Positions 18,001-19,002 of a stretch of 19,002 bases of DNA are shown here, one piece after another. Position 1 is the first letter of the stretch. Each line of letters opens with the position of its first letter. Origin of the DNA: Planctomycetota bacterium (GTDB taxonomy: Bacteria > Planctomycetota > Planctomycetia > Pirellulales > Lacipirellulaceae); contig JBCCXZ010000065.1 of assembly GCA_039190745.1 (NCBI GenBank), positions 1 through 19,002 of the forward strand, in the 5' to 3' direction. A program made the translations under genes and the position numbers. The notes below the pieces were generated by a model that did no database searches, was not told where the DNA came from, and worked only from the letters and a program-made list of their open reading frames with translations.

Positions 18001-19002
18001 CCGTCGACGTTGATGACTCCGCCGCTGAACACGGTCGCGACGCTCATGACCAGGGTCCCGCCGGCCTCGACGTCGAGGGTCCCGCCGGACTTTGCGAAGG
18101 CGTCGCCGAAGAAACTGCTCGTGGTGGCAGGAGTGCCGTCGCCGGTGATGGTGATCGTGCCGTCGTCCTGGCCCCAGATGTTGTTGAGGTTTTGGACGCT
18201 GAGGATGCCACCGTCGATGTTCATCGTGCCGCCGTAGCGGTCGGCGCTTGAGGTGAGGTTGGCGTTGAGGCGGCCGTCGCTGGCGATGTTGATAACGTTG
18301 TCTGCGGCTCCGGCGCCGTCCCAGTCCCAGTCGTCGTCGTTGACGGTGACGATGGCGCCTGGGCCGATGTTTACTTCGGTGCTGTCGGCACTGTTAGAGC
18401 TCATATCGAAGTCGACGCCGGCGCCGATTGTAGAACTGGCGTTGAAGGTAATGGCGCCGTTTTGCAGGCTGATCGTGCCGCCGGTGCCCTGATAGCTCGT
18501 GTTGAAGATCAGGTGGTCGTTTGCGTTGTCGAGGTTGATCGTGCCGCCGGTTTGGGAAATCGTGCCGCCGGTGATGGTTGCCGGCCCGGCGAACTGGCCC
18601 GCGAAGAGGCCGGGCACGGTGTTCACGTTCATCGTGCCGTTGAAGCCCCAGGCGTCCTGGACGTCGAGCGTCGACTTGCGGGCGAGGTTCATCGTGCTGC
18701 TGAACGCCGGGTCGGACGCCGGGACGATCGGGATGTTGAGGTCGAGGGTCCCCGAGGCGAGCAGGTTGACGGTCGAACCGCCTTGGTCGAGGTCGGCGGT
18801 GGTATCGGGGTCGGTGGCGTTGATGGTGAGCGTGCGGGCGACATCCGTGAAGATCAGCAGACCGTCGGTGGTGTTTCCTACGCTGAGCGTGGCGCCGGAG
18901 AGCGTGAACCGTGAACCGTTCGAGGCTACGCTGTCTTCCAGGTCGATCGTGCCGTAGCCGATAAGCGTGGCGCCGGAGTTGACATCGAGCCGTTCGTCGC
19001 CG
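15063..19002 (-). CDS. Large Gly/Asn/Thr/Asp-rich beta-strand-repeat surface protein with a dockerin-like tail and PEP-CTERM sorting signal; 5' end off the window
   Basis: The frame appears open beyond the track start at 18692 to the window edge (>1300 aa). Autotransporter-passenger-like composition, tandem ADFDDDNDVDVADL / GDADFDGDIDAADL repeats, and VPEP followed by a hydrophobic stretch and RRG. Confidence 0.93.
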   Translation of the reverse strand, partial: GDERLDVNSGATLIGYGTIDLEDSVASNGSRFTLSGATLSVGNTTDGLLIFTDVARTLTINATDPDTTADLDQGGSTVNLLASGTLDLNIPIVPASDPAFSSTMNLARKSTLDVQDAWGFNGTMNVNTVPGLFAGQFAGPATITGGTISQTGGTINLDNANDHLIFNTSYQGTGGTISLQNGAITFNASSTIGAGVDFDMSSNSADSTEVNIGPGAIVTVNDDDWDWDGAGAADNVINIASDGRLNANLTSSADRYGGTMNIDGGILSVQNLNNIWGQDDGTITITGDGTPATTSSFFGDAFAKSGGTLDVEAGGTLVMSVATVFSGGVINVDGEAFSSGTLTTWAGATLTGSGIFRQNADATVTANQTMDVATFDMDGTAGSAIDITIQPGNTLTINSTAIDDSGGFNGNLNVNSATLEVNTANWELGNLGDINLANTIVSGATIAEGGTLTVQSGANITTTGFDHVIATDVVLEEGANLTVNAALPNLTGDVVIGDGASTFTLAGGDITGGVGESTVTNEGLSVTGTSAIAVTTLDWDQGETTIESGGDLTINVTSIDLGGNNQYDSTLNINGGAVSVDNAANVWQMDGTTNFDGGGTLAGDDVQFGDDLGAADANLNVAGAGVAAISAAAAYLSDADVFIDAGATLRNSGVTTFAPAGGGNNGEFTGTGTWQLGGTNNIEEATTIDMVGGTVDLDNSFEPPFPAFANDTNINADLTINAATMADYGNQGFFITLNLSDMVIADGATLTVNLDNPNDEWTVNSVGRVTYNGDATADTFLAGSDVNMDGVLTVNGDGRSTARLDIGGTVNVNTAGEGLTLDGGDQAADPNTIAGGTINGPGAIRAEFNRTLRGFGTINADIDFGIGGDLRADDGTLTINGAILSGRRLGPVDNDGVLNITNPWNTSSVNSVTLDGGELTGATITHDGFGGINDITGFGTISAPIINNNEIRAAGNGTLRLTNITSDWDGAAGNGVLSANGGNLELVDAGSFGFAGTVNVSNGREFFVNGFNLDFDPGSTLNMTGGTLRAVSTQTFGGAVNVDNNPAMWDTGAVIQSTAVVTVSSELRLDGDTQVQAGATFSGAGAIVNEIGSNLILLDGADIDILLENEGTLELGPSLGQTTGLDFQQNSSGTWQLDIEGIGLNDFDRMNLTGLALLDGTLDLTLLAGFQPDIGDTFNILSASGGVGGAFADVLQPNTLADGRVFQVNYLPTIVRLEVVADLNADFDDDNDVDVADLMILQRGFGVGNTQAEGDADFDGDIDAADLAVWEGQFGAGSAVSATLAATTVVPEPTTALMPVVGLAFAAGLRRG

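Overview
High-GC bacterial DNA, most likely a planctomycete (Pirellulales/Lacipirellulaceae-like), inferred from the dockerin-like plus PEP-CTERM protein, the BlaI/M56 module and the '...RRAA*' C-termini. The left ~800 bp looks like the right end (attR) of an integrated element, probably a prophage, inserted in tRNA-Ser(CGA). Only the 3' half of the tRNA is present (799-854), preceded by candidate integrase arm-type repeats. The first gene inside the element (minus strand, 309 to <1, absent from the ORF track) encodes a GI[EK]AG[ESW] hexapeptide-repeat protein. It sits behind a highly structured leader with a 24-bp terminator-like stem, a cUUCGg hairpin and a 10-nt long-range complementarity, which resembles an RNA-controlled attenuator or immunity switch. 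The host-like remainder contains blaI-M56 peptidase-TlpA, a divergent aldolase / GT-B-like / kdsB-like trio (candidate unusual ulosonic-acid pathway), a SAM methyltransferase, a nitroreductase, DUF427, ugd, a GNAT, a yrdA-like gamma-carbonic anhydrase, gdhA and a large 5'-truncated PEP-CTERM surface protein. All calls come from reading motifs by eye; no searches were run.
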